From the IMG/VR virus record IMGVR_UViG_3300025769_014365, positions 1 to 64,000 of that record: DNA of 64,000 nucleotides; one strand, 5' to 3'. The notes below the pieces were generated by a model. It saw only the letters and a list, made by a program, of their open reading frames with translations. It made no database searches and was not told the DNA's origin. Source of the stretch: a virus. Of this stretch, positions 43,914-53,321 are shown one piece after another (position 1 is the stretch's first letter; every line of letters begins with the position of its first letter). Made by a program: the position numbers and the translations under genes.

Positions 43914-45246
43914 GGTACCATTCTCCTATTATTGGGAAAGTCTTTTCAAAGTCTTTTCCTGATCGCTTGTCGTATTGGCTGTAGAACGCCTTGAAGTCTT
44001 TTTGTAACTTTTCCTGGGTGGCCGCACCCGCATGCGGTGTTTTGACAACATCCAAGTAATCTATCAGCCTCTGTGTTTGATTCACTTCCATGCCCTCCAG
44101 CCATTTCTCATGGGTATTTAAAAATTTTACCAAGTCCCCTTTAAATTTATTCCTCAGGTCGTCTGGTAAAACAAGCGGTGATTGAAAGCTCGGAAATCTC
44201 AGTATGTTCAGTGTGTAGTTCAAACTCGGCCCATACACCTTGGCCGCATTTTTAAACCATACAATTTTCTCAAGGAATTCAGGTAATGTTTCCAAGCAAA
44301 GTGCGTTGATCGTTGCCATGTTGTGTATTTCAGAAGGAATTTTATCAACCATCATGTGTAGCAGATTGGAATGCCATGAACTGAAGTCAAGTCCGTCCCT
44401 GATGTATTCAGCCTGTGAGAAAGTCGCTTCACAACTGGTGTACAGATGGAAGTTTTTGAAATCTTTGAGTTTTGTTTTGAACCTATCGATTATGCTCTGC
44501 TTGGCACCCAAGTTGGAGTTTATCGCTATTCGCATGTTGGGATTCATTTTGTCGCCCTGTGTCTCTATCCAATCCAACAGTCTCCATAGGTTAGGTGACA
44601 TCATGGGTTCTCCGCCAGTGATCCGTAATTCATCCAAACTCTTGTGTAGATCTGATTCCCACCATCGGTAGAACGCCTCCACGTAGGGATTGGTCTCGTC
44701 CTTCTTGTATGGTTCTGCGGAGTCGTGTGCGTGTGTGAAATGATCGCGCCCATCTGTGGCCAGCCCTGTGTATGGTCCTTGTCTCTTGATATTGTTTGCC
44801 CATGTGGAACTGAACGCGGGGTTACAGTATGTACAGGCAAAGTTACAGGTCCTGTCAAATGCTATCTCCAATGTTTTAAGATTCACGTTATCCTCATAGG
44901 GTGATTCATAGGCCTTCTGTAGATCCTCGTTGGAGAAGATTTTTGATTTATATACCCTGTCACTGATGTTGTCCCTGGCTATGTCCTCGATCTTCCAGCA
45001 GTACTCACACCCTGCAGGTCTTTCGCCACACTGCATCTGTTTGCGTTCTGCTTTCTTTTGTTTTGTGTTGTGTATCGCACTCGGATTGGTCTTTATCTCT
45101 TCCAGGTCTATCTTGTGTGGCAAAGGATGGTGACAACTGGTGGTCATGCCACTGCCAAGCCAGATGGTTGCGTTATACCACTTGGCTCCGCAAAAACTCG
45201 CGCTCTTTGTGTCTAGTATTTTCTTTTTATACTCGAGATCTTCCAT
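43903..45246 (-). CDS. Radical SAM protein with N-terminal Cys/His cluster
   Basis: CGAKW...SCHH...CEYC, then CNFACTYC, TGGEP. ATG 45246 preferred. Confidence 0.9.
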   Translation of the reverse strand: MEDLEYKKKILDTKSASFCGAKWYNATIWLGSGMTTSCHHPLPHKIDLEEIKTNPSAIHNTKQKKAERKQMQCGERPAGCEYCWKIEDIARDNISDRVYKSKIFSNEDLQKAYESPYEDNVNLKTLEIAFDRTCNFACTYCNPAFSSTWANNIKRQGPYTGLATDGRDHFTHAHDSAEPYKKDETNPYVEAFYRWWESDLHKSLDELRITGGEPMMSPNLWRLLDWIETQGDKMNPNMRIAINSNLGAKQSIIDRFKTKLKDFKNFHLYTSCEATFSQAEYIRDGLDFSSWHSNLLHMMVDKIPSEIHNMATINALCLETLPEFLEKIVWFKNAAKVYGPSLNYTLNILRFPSFQSPLVLPDDLRNKFKGDLVKFLNTHEKWLEGMEVNQTQRLIDYLDVVKTPHAGAATQEKLQKDFKAFYSQYDKRSGKDFEKTFPIIGEWYRGI

Positions 45247-45973
45247 CTTTTCCTTCAAAATAATTTTTTAACTTGCTGTATTCGTCTTCCGGACAGACAA
45301 TGTCACTCTCGAACATGATGTCCTTGACCCAATGGTAGTGTGCTATTGGCGGAGGGTGGGACTCATTCTTAATGTAATACTCCCTGTAATTATCCTCCGC
45401 AAACTCCGATAGCCCTTGCCTGTCTTTGTAGAAAGTGAATTTCGTCCAATCTATTTCATTGGTCAAGGCACGTTCACTTTCACTGTGAGGTTCGTCACGT
45501 AACACAAACTTGTTGAATATCATCATTGTGTAGGGTATTTTCTTTCTGTCAAGAAACAGTTGGGTCCTCAAAATCTGTTCCAACGTCCTATACTGTTGAT
45601 GTTGCTCGTTAAGAAAATGCCTTTGATAGTACTCATGCTTTTCCGCAAGCCTGTGTCCTCCGAACCAGGTGCTCCATTTGTAATCGTCATCCCACACCCT
45701 GTAGGTTATTCTGCCATCTAAGTGATCGACGTCTTCATCCAAAGTTATAACTTCATATCTATCTACCCCTGACCACATGACGTACATGTGATCTATGTTC
45801 TTGTATTTCATCGCACTGTTTATACAGGCACGAGCTATGGTCTCGTTGCCGGACGCGGATCTTCCGTGGTTCAGAATGTCTTTGCCACCGTTGAACCATG
45901 GCACGAACTTGGGCCAACATGGCCATTTGTACCGCGTGAAACTGCAACCGTGCGCAATGGTCTTGTCAGGCAT
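45227..45973 (-). CDS. SGNH/GDSL-hydrolase-like protein
   Basis: IAHGCSFT, ASGN, VMWSG.DR, ESHP...H. Confidence 0.65.
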   Translation of the reverse strand: MPDKTIAHGCSFTRYKWPCWPKFVPWFNGGKDILNHGRSASGNETIARACINSAMKYKNIDHMYVMWSGVDRYEVITLDEDVDHLDGRITYRVWDDDYKWSTWFGGHRLAEKHEYYQRHFLNEQHQQYRTLEQILRTQLFLDRKKIPYTMMIFNKFVLRDEPHSESERALTNEIDWTKFTFYKDRQGLSEFAEDNYREYYIKNESHPPPIAHYHWVKDIMFESDIVCPEDEYSKLKNYFEGKDGRSRV

Positions 45974-47336
45974 TCCTGCACTCCTCCCAGAACTCTTCCA
46001 TTTCAGGGAAAATGTTCATGAAGTTCGTACTCCTCCTGCGATCGTGTTCGTTGAAGAAGGCATAGAAGTTCTTCTTTTGCTTGGTTCCTGTGTCCGCATT
46101 GTCTCGCCAGTATTTCAGATTACGTTGCATTTTCTGTATTTCAAAATCATTGAATCTACGGAATCTATTTTCATTGCCAGAATGCTTTCGCATGTACTCG
46201 ATGTTTTCCTCATGAATCATTTGATACGATTCCGGTAACAGTGTTATCTGTTGCCATGCTGGTTGCCTCAGCAAGGGTATGTCAAACCAGATCCGTTGGT
46301 AAGTTGTGCTGTATTTGCCTCGAAGTTCCAGTATCTTTTCTAAGAGTTTGTCAAGGCTGGTCACGCTGAGATTGTTGTATGTGCAGATGAATGTGATCGA
46401 ATTCCTACGTGGTATGCGATCAAGGAACTCCTCCACGTTGTCCATCATGTAGTTGAAGTCCAGCCCATTCCTTATGTACTCTGCTCTTTTGCCAAACCCG
46501 TCAACACTGACAAACTGCATCATGTGTTCCACTTTGTCCTCCATGCAGATGTTCTTGGCCATGTTGAAATACTTTTGTTTGAGTTTTGGGTCAGCGGGAC
46601 ACATGTTGGACGTCACGTTCAAGTGCAGGTCATTCTTGGGATGGTCTATTATGTACTGTAATACCTTGTAGGTGTTGGGATCCATCATGGGCTCTCCCCC
46701 GGTCATACGGAAGTGTTTGAGATTCTTGTAAAGGGTGGGCCACCATCTCCAGAACGCTGTGACGTAGGGATTCTCTTCCCTGTTGGGTATTGGTCTGTTG
46801 CGTCCTTGGAAATGCTCTGGCATGTTGTGTGGTGGAGAAGTGGGGTATTCACCATAACGCTCTACTTCTTTGCCCCACGTGGTGGAAAACTGTGGTGAAC
46901 AGTAACTGCATTTCAAGTTGCAGGCATGGTTGAAGTTGACTTCTACGTAACGTGGAGTCCATTTGTCATCCAGAGGGTTCTTGCGGATCTCGTCGAAATC
47001 CTGCATGGCCCATGGTTCGCCTGACCTGTAGTGCCTATCACTCATCTCCCCTGTCTTTTCTATGTTCCAGCAGTAGGAACAGCCTTCGGGCTGTTTGCCC
47101 TCCAACATCTCCTTCCTCTGTTGCAGTTTCTCCGCGGTGTTGTGCAGTCCCGCTGGATTGTAGTTGAGCTTGTTTGGATTGATGTTGTGCAGTGGTGGAT
47201 GATAACAACTGTTCGTTAGTCCCGTGGGCAGGTGTAGTGACGTTTGGTTCCATTTGGCCAGACACATGGTTGGCGATATCGTGGCGAGTTTTTGCTTGGC
47301 CTTGTCAGCATCAGATTTGTAATCACTTGTACTCAC
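45966..47336 (-). CDS. Radical SAM protein with N-terminal Cys/His cluster
   Basis: CLAKW...SCYH...CSYC, then CNLKCSYC, TGGEP, VSVD; closest to 43903-45246. Confidence 0.9.
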   Translation of the reverse strand: MSTSDYKSDADKAKQKLATISPTMCLAKWNQTSLHLPTGLTNSCYHPPLHNINPNKLNYNPAGLHNTAEKLQQRKEMLEGKQPEGCSYCWNIEKTGEMSDRHYRSGEPWAMQDFDEIRKNPLDDKWTPRYVEVNFNHACNLKCSYCSPQFSTTWGKEVERYGEYPTSPPHNMPEHFQGRNRPIPNREENPYVTAFWRWWPTLYKNLKHFRMTGGEPMMDPNTYKVLQYIIDHPKNDLHLNVTSNMCPADPKLKQKYFNMAKNICMEDKVEHMMQFVSVDGFGKRAEYIRNGLDFNYMMDNVEEFLDRIPRRNSITFICTYNNLSVTSLDKLLEKILELRGKYSTTYQRIWFDIPLLRQPAWQQITLLPESYQMIHEENIEYMRKHSGNENRFRRFNDFEIQKMQRNLKYWRDNADTGTKQKKNFYAFFNEHDRRRSTNFMNIFPEMEEFWEECRNA

Positions 47337-48246
47337 GGTCTTGTACTCCTCTGTTCCTGTGTTCGGGCATTGTGAATTTGAAGAAACGACTGTCTTCCGC
47401 TGTGAAATCCGCTATGGGCACGTCCAACCTCTGTTTGATGCTCTCGCCATACGCCTGGATCTCATCGTCTATGTTGTTGACATCTATTTTGCTCAAAAAC
47501 ACGTCTTTCATTCCATTGATGTCGCTGATGTCGTGTTGCTCATTGCTTCCTATCACTGTGTTGTAAAGTCCCATCCTGGCACCGAGGATTGCGTATTTGC
47601 CGTTCTCTACGTCTGCCCCCACCGTCATCCAGGTGCTTAACACACGGAGGTTAGGAGGCCATATCGTTTTATTGAAACCGTTGGCCGGTATTGGTTTGCC
47701 CTTGTCAAGTCCCATCTTCACGCCCTCCCTGTATCCAGCGGTAAACGCCTGGTACTTTTCTGCATTTATCACTGTGGTCGAATAGCAGTTGTGTAGGTTT
47801 TCATGCGGCACTCCCCAACAGAAATCCAACTTGTTCTCTTCGGTGTCCGCGTTTTCGTGTGTCCTCATGGTCAGACAGGTCTGCTTGGGCCATCCTACTA
47901 ATCCACCATTGCCGTACACCAACCCATTCACGTTGTTTTTAGCACGCCACCTATGTACCGCTTCCGGATTACTCTTGCTCCAATCCAACGTCTCGAGCAG
48001 GAATTTTTCGTCTATGACGTTGTCACCGTCCACCGAAATAAAGAAATCAGTCTCCGCCAGTTCCGCGGCGGCCTTGTGCGCAGAATCGAACCCCACAACT
48101 CCGTCAACACGTTTGGCCCACGGCACCTTGTTTTTTAGATCTGCCCAATTCAGTTCCTTGTTGGGTTCTCTGAAACTTATGTACACGAAATCTAGATCGC
48201 TGATCCTCACACGTTTGGACCTATCTGTGTTAAATGTGTTATTCAT
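47323..48246 (-). CDS. GT-A glycosyltransferase-like protein
   Basis: DFVYISFREP, DxD motif SVDGDN, NGLVYGNGG, GYREG. Confidence 0.65.
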   Translation of the reverse strand: MNNTFNTDRSKRVRISDLDFVYISFREPNKELNWADLKNKVPWAKRVDGVVGFDSAHKAAAELAETDFFISVDGDNVIDEKFLLETLDWSKSNPEAVHRWRAKNNVNGLVYGNGGLVGWPKQTCLTMRTHENADTEENKLDFCWGVPHENLHNCYSTTVINAEKYQAFTAGYREGVKMGLDKGKPIPANGFNKTIWPPNLRVLSTWMTVGADVENGKYAILGARMGLYNTVIGSNEQHDISDINGMKDVFLSKIDVNNIDDEIQAYGESIKQRLDVPIADFTAEDSRFFKFTMPEHRNRGVQDREYK

Positions 48247-48257
48247 TTCTTTTCACC

Positions 48258-48581
48258 TTACTCGTACTCGAGTAACCATGCCTTCCCCCCATCCACAATT
48301 CCTACGGGCCAATGTATGTCTCCATCCAAGAACACGTAACCTTTGTGTGGGCTCGATATCAACTCAGAATACTGTGTCTTTGCCTTGGGTACTTTTGGAG
48401 GTTTCACGATTACCTCTGTTTTTCCATCCGCGTAAGACAGTGTGTAGTGTTGGGTACCCCGTGACATTATCTCTAATTTCTTGTCCAGTGAGACTTCCAC
48501 TTGTTTGCCTTCCACATCAACGAAATGCTTCTTGATCGGCCTGACCTTTAGATTGTCGAGTGCTTTAAAAATTTCTGACAT
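48258..48581 (-). CDS. Hypothetical protein
   Basis: ATG 48581 after AGGAG. Confidence 0.65.
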   Translation of the reverse strand: MSEIFKALDNLKVRPIKKHFVDVEGKQVEVSLDKKLEIMSRGTQHYTLSYADGKTEVIVKPPKVPKAKTQYSELISSPHKGYVFLDGDIHWPVGIVDGGKAWLLEYE

Positions 48582-49359
48582 TGATCTCCTTGTCAAAGTA
48601 GTGCCATGGCCTCGACACACGTTTCTCACCCAGGTAAACGGCGTCTCCTGTCCTGTTTGGGAATAAGAAGTTGTTTTGGTCCCTGACCCAGTTTAGATTG
48701 TTCACGCCCGGCTTATGGTGCAGGAACTTGAACCAATCATAATTTATGAGCTGTTGGTTCGTGGGGTCCAGTATCCTGTAGGCCAACGCGAACACGACAT
48801 CAGTGCTTGGGTAGGTGTCATGACAGTTTATCAACATGTGCTCCTTGACTTCGTTCCACTTGTATGTGATTTGTTCCGCCAGTTCAAAGAATCTCTTTGC
48901 CCTCTCCGATCTGCGGAAGTACATCAGACCGTTGTATATGTTGGGCAAATGATTCCTCTCGAACAGAGACCTGTAGGGCGTGTGCTTGATCACCCGATCC
49001 TTGTAGTCCCTGCAGTCAACACTGAACACAATGTCATGTTGCCACAGATGGTACCACCACCAGTCCGTGTTGGTCGTCCACAGCATGTCTGCCTCGAGTT
49101 TTATCGTGTGTTCGAACGGCGTCCACCAACAGGCCTTGTGCTCGTTCGCCCATTTGATATCATGGTCTTTGGCGTCATCTTCGTCCAGGACCTGCACCAC
49201 ATCGACCGCTTCGTGTTCGAACTTGCTTTTCTCATCGGTGATTACACACACCTTGTTTTCACGATTCCATTTTTTTATGGACTTGGCCAATCTTATAGAT
49301 AATTCCACGTAATCGGTGGTATCGTTGTTCTGGGCGAACCACAGGAATCCTTTAGACAT
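48565..49359 (-). CDS. GT-A glycosyltransferase-like protein (GT8/mannosyltransferase-like)
   Basis: TPFEHTIKLEADM, YNGLMYF, STD. Confidence 0.65.
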   Translation of the reverse strand: MSKGFLWFAQNNDTTDYVELSIRLAKSIKKWNRENKVCVITDEKSKFEHEAVDVVQVLDEDDAKDHDIKWANEHKACWWTPFEHTIKLEADMLWTTNTDWWWYHLWQHDIVFSVDCRDYKDRVIKHTPYRSLFERNHLPNIYNGLMYFRRSERAKRFFELAEQITYKWNEVKEHMLINCHDTYPSTDVVFALAYRILDPTNQQLINYDWFKFLHHKPGVNNLNWVRDQNNFLFPNRTGDAVYLGEKRVSRPWHYFDKEINVRNF

Positions 49360-50101
49360 TGGCTATCTCCTTGTTCAAGACGTGTACATCTTGGTTGACC
49401 GTGTGCATGATCTTGTCATCTCCCCGCCATGCCAGTCCGTTGGAACTGATAGACAACACCTCACAGTCAGGTGGAAGTGTGGGTAATCTCATCGGCAGAG
49501 TCTCGTATTCCATGAATCCATTTATCTGTTCCAACGCTATCGCAAAAGCGTAATCGTTGCGGAAATTCTTGCTGTAGATCCTGTAGATCTCATTGAAGTA
49601 AGGGTAATACTCCTTTACATACCTGACCATGTCGAATATCATTTTGGCTTTTTCAGTTTTCCGGAACACCAACACCGTGGCCCATACCATGTCTATCATG
49701 CTCCAACGCCTGAGATCAAAACTATTACGTCCGGTCAGGTCATAGGCCTGCTTGGATACGAGGAAATCATACTTGGTGTCCATGAATTGCCTTAGGTTGT
49801 CAGTGAATGGAAGGTAGTCTATGTCCATCACCAATGTGGTGTCATACGGAGACAGGTCATATGACATGTGCCTGTCCACGTTGCGCCATTGTTTGCCGTT
49901 CTTGGTGTTGCCCGTCTCTGGCTTGATGAACCTGTAATCCACCTGATCTAATGATCCCAGATGCTTGTGCGTGTGTCGATCGGTGACCACCGTCACGGGC
50001 AGTCTCAGATTGGACTTGACCAGTGCTACACAGCGTGTGAGTATCTTATGGTATTTGACATCTGACGTGTCAAAGCAGTAAAGTAGAACTCCCTTGGTCA
50101 T
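49352..50101 (-). CDS. GT-A glycosyltransferase-like protein, paralog of 48565-49359
   Basis: SPYDTTLVMDIDY (DxD), WATVLVF, RNDYAF, HVLNK. Confidence 0.7.
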   Translation of the reverse strand: MTKGVLLYCFDTSDVKYHKILTRCVALVKSNLRLPVTVVTDRHTHKHLGSLDQVDYRFIKPETGNTKNGKQWRNVDRHMSYDLSPYDTTLVMDIDYLPFTDNLRQFMDTKYDFLVSKQAYDLTGRNSFDLRRWSMIDMVWATVLVFRKTEKAKMIFDMVRYVKEYYPYFNEIYRIYSKNFRNDYAFAIALEQINGFMEYETLPMRLPTLPPDCEVLSISSNGLAWRGDDKIMHTVNQDVHVLNKEIANV

Positions 50102-50436
50102 CAGTCATCTCTTTTCTCAAAACTCTCAGCCAACTGGTGATACGCACCCAGCGCCTCTTGGTTCCTGGCCACCAGTATGTCCAAGAATTCACTGGCATCC
50201 TTTATCTCCACAGGGTTCTGGTTGCTGTCCAACACGAAGAAGTTGTCGTGCCTGCTTTTGAGTGTGTTTACGAGATTGATTGTCTCAGCATCTGCCCGGA
50301 ATATGTGTTCGTTGTACACAACCACCATGCGCGAGTGAGCCTTCTCCAGGGCGTTGCGCTTGGCCAGTGCCCGGTCATAGGATAGTCCGGACTGTCGTTT
50401 CAGTTCCTTCAGTCGCTCGAGTTCTTTGCTGTCCAT
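50101..50436 (-). CDS. Hypothetical protein, first gene of the tailoring locus
   Basis: 111 aa; LDSNQNPVEI. Confidence 0.7.
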   Translation of the reverse strand: MDSKELERLKELKRQSGLSYDRALAKRNALEKAHSRMVVVYNEHIFRADAETINLVNTLKSRHDNFFVLDSNQNPVEIKDASEFLDILVARNQEALGAYHQLAESFEKRDD

Positions 50437-50442
50437 AACACT

Positions 50443-50471
50443 ATTTTACAGTAATTATGGTGCCAGAGCAA
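50443..50471 (-). promoter_or_regulatory. Promoter TTGCTC-N17-TAAAAT with CATAATTA in the spacer
   Basis: Shares TTGCTC and ACCATAATTA with the promoter at 31333. Confidence 0.55.
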
Positions 50472-50485
50472 CCTGAATAAAATTA

Positions 50486-51436
50486 TTATGATTGGGTGTT
50501 GCTTACTTCTGCGTTGGAACTGACCCTGATCGCTGAAGCCAATCCCTCGGTGTTGTTGGGGTATCCTTCAGTCAATGTCAGTGTCATGATCGGCGCCTCG
50601 TTGGGGTTGGCCGGCACACCGTCTGTGTTGCCTGCGGTGTAGGTGGTGTCCGCCGCTGGGTCTGAGGCTATCTGCTTGATGGTCATCGTGACAGCAGTTC
50701 CCACAGCCGCGTTCAGTTTGGCCTGTATCTCCAGTGTGTCTGAAGTGTAACCCGCGTTGTCAGAAGTCAGTTTCAGTATCGTGGTGTATGATGTTGTCAG
50801 GTCATGGAATCCGTTCGCCAATCCATTGGTGGTCAGTGTTTCGCCTGATCCCGATCTGGTCGAAGCATGTGCCTTGATGTCTATGTTGCCCACTGCTGTG
50901 CAGAGGTCATTGAACACAGTGTCCTTGAGGCCGTCGATCCCCGTGGTAGCCGATGGCGTGACCCTGATGTATCCGCCTGCGTTGAAGTAGTGTCTCATGG
51001 TGTCCGCAGATGCGAACGTCACTGATCTCTCAATGGTGGAAGTCGAGTTCCACGTGGCCGAGTTCGAACTGGCTCCCGCCGCCGCTGTCGATATCGCAGT
51101 GGCCGATGGTGATCCCGCCGCTACCGCGGCCGCCAGTGTGGCCAGGTCCGTCTCCAGTGCGGCCTTGATCGCAATGGTGTCACCCGCTGAAACCGATGTA
51201 GAAGTGATGCTTGAATTTGTGTGATTGGCTATGTTGTCCAGACCAGTGAACAGGCTGTTCCACTGTGATGCCTGTACCGTGTTGCCCGCAGATACCGTGG
51301 ATATCGACGCTTGTCCAAGACCGTACTCTCCAGATCCTGTGCCCGCGAAATGGTTGTAACCGTACGGACTGACCGCACTGCCTACGAATGTGTTGTATTC
51401 ATCATCTAATATTGTGTCACCTGCTTGATATGCCAT
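50486..51436 (-). CDS. Virion structural protein (tail/baseplate associated)
   Basis: Thr/Ser/Ala-rich; MAY start; RHYFNAGG; located in the structural cluster. Confidence 0.65.
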   Translation of the reverse strand: MAYQAGDTILDDEYNTFVGSAVSPYGYNHFAGTGSGEYGLGQASISTVSAGNTVQASQWNSLFTGLDNIANHTNSSITSTSVSAGDTIAIKAALETDLATLAAAVAAGSPSATAISTAAAGASSNSATWNSTSTIERSVTFASADTMRHYFNAGGYIRVTPSATTGIDGLKDTVFNDLCTAVGNIDIKAHASTRSGSGETLTTNGLANGFHDLTTSYTTILKLTSDNAGYTSDTLEIQAKLNAAVGTAVTMTIKQIASDPAADTTYTAGNTDGVPANPNEAPIMTLTLTEGYPNNTEGLASAIRVSSNAEVSNTQS

Positions 51437-51443
51437 GTTTTTT

Positions 51444-52649
51444 TTATTTCACTCCTATCACGCACTCTGTCAGTGCTGTTTCTTCGTTATATTTATGCTT
51501 AATCAGTCTGCCCAGGGTGTTGAAAGCGGTACATTCGTCCAGATTGGCCACCCGGGCCTCACCATTTCCAGCGGATACTACGCGATCACCTGGAGCACCC
51601 GTGCCTTTCAATTTTACCATCACACGCCCTTTGAGTGCTATCATAGGGTGCGTACTATTGTCCCCAGCCTGTGCATTCATTAAAAAAGCCGGTGATTCTG
51701 ATACCACCCCAAAAACGGCATCGTCTAATTCTTTTTGGCACTTTGTGATCTCCGCGTGTCCGCCAAGGATGACCACTTCACCAACAGTCAACTCACAGTC
51801 GGCTTCGTATCTCTCGGCGAGGTCGGCGTACTGGGCCTGTGATGCCGTGGTGGACAGCACGTTGGTGCTGGGATTGTAACTCAAGTTCGTGTCCGTTTCC
51901 AGTCCCTGTGTGCCTGTCTCTCCGTCAACGAAGGTCAAATACACGGTCTCGTTGGCTGTGTTGTTGGCGCTCACAGTGACGTTTGTGGCCAGTGATGCGG
52001 TGCCTGTTAGATCTCCAATGACATCTCCTCTGAACCTGGCGGCCGCGACAGAGGTGGAGAGTTGTATGCCCTGTGCCACCGTGGCGAACCCTGCGCTTAT
52101 CAGTGCGGCACCCTTGGTCTCCGTGGAACTGGGAGTGAAGGCCGCCGCCGACACCACCGCCACCACCGCGTCCGCAGTGACTAATTTCAGTATGGATTGG
52201 TTTACTCCGGTGTTGTCCTCGACTGTCTCTGATATGACCTGTGTCACTCCAGACCCTGCCACTGTAGTGGGACCTATCAAGGTCCAGGTTGCTCCTGTGT
52301 ACACGTACAATTGATTGTTTCCTGTGTCAAACCACATGTCTCCCAACACAGCGTTGGTCGGTGACGTGGATGAATTGGTTGTTGAACCCACCGGTTTCCA
52401 TTTTGCCCCGGTGTAGACGTTTATCTGGTTGTTGGTCTTGTCATACCACAACTGTCCCTGTTGCTTGTTAGTGGGTGCTGTGGTGTTGTTGAAATTCTCC
52501 AGGAGTTTGATCAGGTTTTCATTCAGTTTCTCACCGAATCCCGCGTATCCTTTTCCTATAAGTGTGAGGTCAGTTGTCGCTACGTCAATGGTTCCGTCCG
52601 CAAGTGTGACCAATAGTGTGCCAAATGTGTTGTTTAACTTGTATGCCAT
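51444..52649 (-). CDS. Tail fiber/baseplate protein with C-terminal ADLAE (peptidase-G2/IMC-like chaperone) domain
   Basis: N-terminal GKGYAGFGE..ENF..GQLWYD shared with 55954 and 57356; QYADLAERY...GVVS..PAFLMN..ALKGRV. Confidence 0.7.
   Translation of the reverse strand: MAYKLNNTFGTLLVTLADGTIDVATTDLTLIGKGYAGFGEKLNENLIKLLENFNNTTAPTNKQQGQLWYDKTNNQINVYTGAKWKPVGSTTNSSTSPTNAVLGDMWFDTGNNQLYVYTGATWTLIGPTTVAGSGVTQVISETVEDNTGVNQSILKLVTADAVVAVVSAAAFTPSSTETKGAALISAGFATVAQGIQLSTSVAAARFRGDVIGDLTGTASLATNVTVSANNTANETVYLTFVDGETGTQGLETDTNLSYNPSTNVLSTTASQAQYADLAERYEADCELTVGEVVILGGHAEITKCQKELDDAVFGVVSESPAFLMNAQAGDNSTHPMIALKGRVMVKLKGTGAPGDRVVSAGNGEARVANLDECTAFNTLGRLIKHKYNEETALTECVIGVK
51813..51990 (-). repeat. 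Coding module shared with 57713-57890
   Basis: TNVTVSANN..NETVYLTFVDG.TGTQG.ETDT.L.YNPSTNVL.TTAS.AQYADLAE in both, collinear at an offset of 5900 bp. Confidence 0.85.
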
Positions 52650-52837
52650 TAGTCGTTGTTAGAGGCGTTGTCCCTGACCTCTGTCAGGAAGCTAACATCT
52701 CCCACTAACTTGATCAGTATTTCTGCTAACTCTGGGTTTAGCATCTGGTCGATCTTTGCCTCTTCCTCTGCCGTCCATGCTGATTCGTAGTTTGCGTTGA
52801 TGTAGTCTGCCACTTCTTGTTTTGTTGGTGTCGCCAT
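52649..52837 (-). CDS. Small acidic hypothetical protein
   Basis: AGGAG RBS, TAAATA upstream, TAATG coupling. Confidence 0.7.
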   Translation of the reverse strand: MATPTKQEVADYINANYESAWTAEEEAKIDQMLNPELAEILIKLVGDVSFLTEVRDNASNND

Positions 52838-52856
52838 TTAAATGTACTCCTTGTGC

Positions 52857-53321
52857 TTATTTATTATGCTTTTCGATCTGTTCGTCGTCGGAAATCCAGG
52901 TCAAATCCTGGGAGTATGATCCATCCAGATCACGCAGGAACGTCTTCACATTGCTCTCTGTCAGTACCATTTGATGGTATTTCTGGTATCTCTTGTGGAG
53001 TGCCTGCTCTTTTGTCGCGGTGTACACCAACTTTAGTCCTTTATCCCGGGCGAACTGCATTATACTGTCTATGCATTTCTTCAGTGCCCTGTGCACCACC
53101 CTCTGGTCTGCGTGTTTATCTGTGACTATCCATTCCATAAAACCAAACTGTGTGCCCTCTCCTATGTACAGTCCGCCAGCGCACACAGGTGTCCCTTCTT
53201 CTTCAACGATGATACCGTCAGGTGGCAGGCATTCCTTGGGCACGACACCAAACTCCCAGTCATTCCACCACTTGACCAGTGTGCTATAGTCCCTGTCCCT
53301 GTCCCAAAATCTAACTCGCAT
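52857..53321 (-). CDS. GNAT-like acyltransferase
   Basis: PVCAGGLY...FMEWIV...ARDKGLKLV topology. Confidence 0.55.
   Translation of the reverse strand: MRVRFWDRDRDYSTLVKWWNDWEFGVVPKECLPPDGIIVEEEGTPVCAGGLYIGEGTQFGFMEWIVTDKHADQRVVHRALKKCIDSIMQFARDKGLKLVYTATKEQALHKRYQKYHQMVLTESNVKTFLRDLDGSYSQDLTWISDDEQIEKHNK

Noticed and set aside
40131-47336. RiPP cluster with a precursor peptide
   Set aside because: No RRE/PqqD domain, peptidase or exporter seen, and the context is glycosyltransferases. The 34-aa peptide lacks a leader/core look. Not fully excluded.
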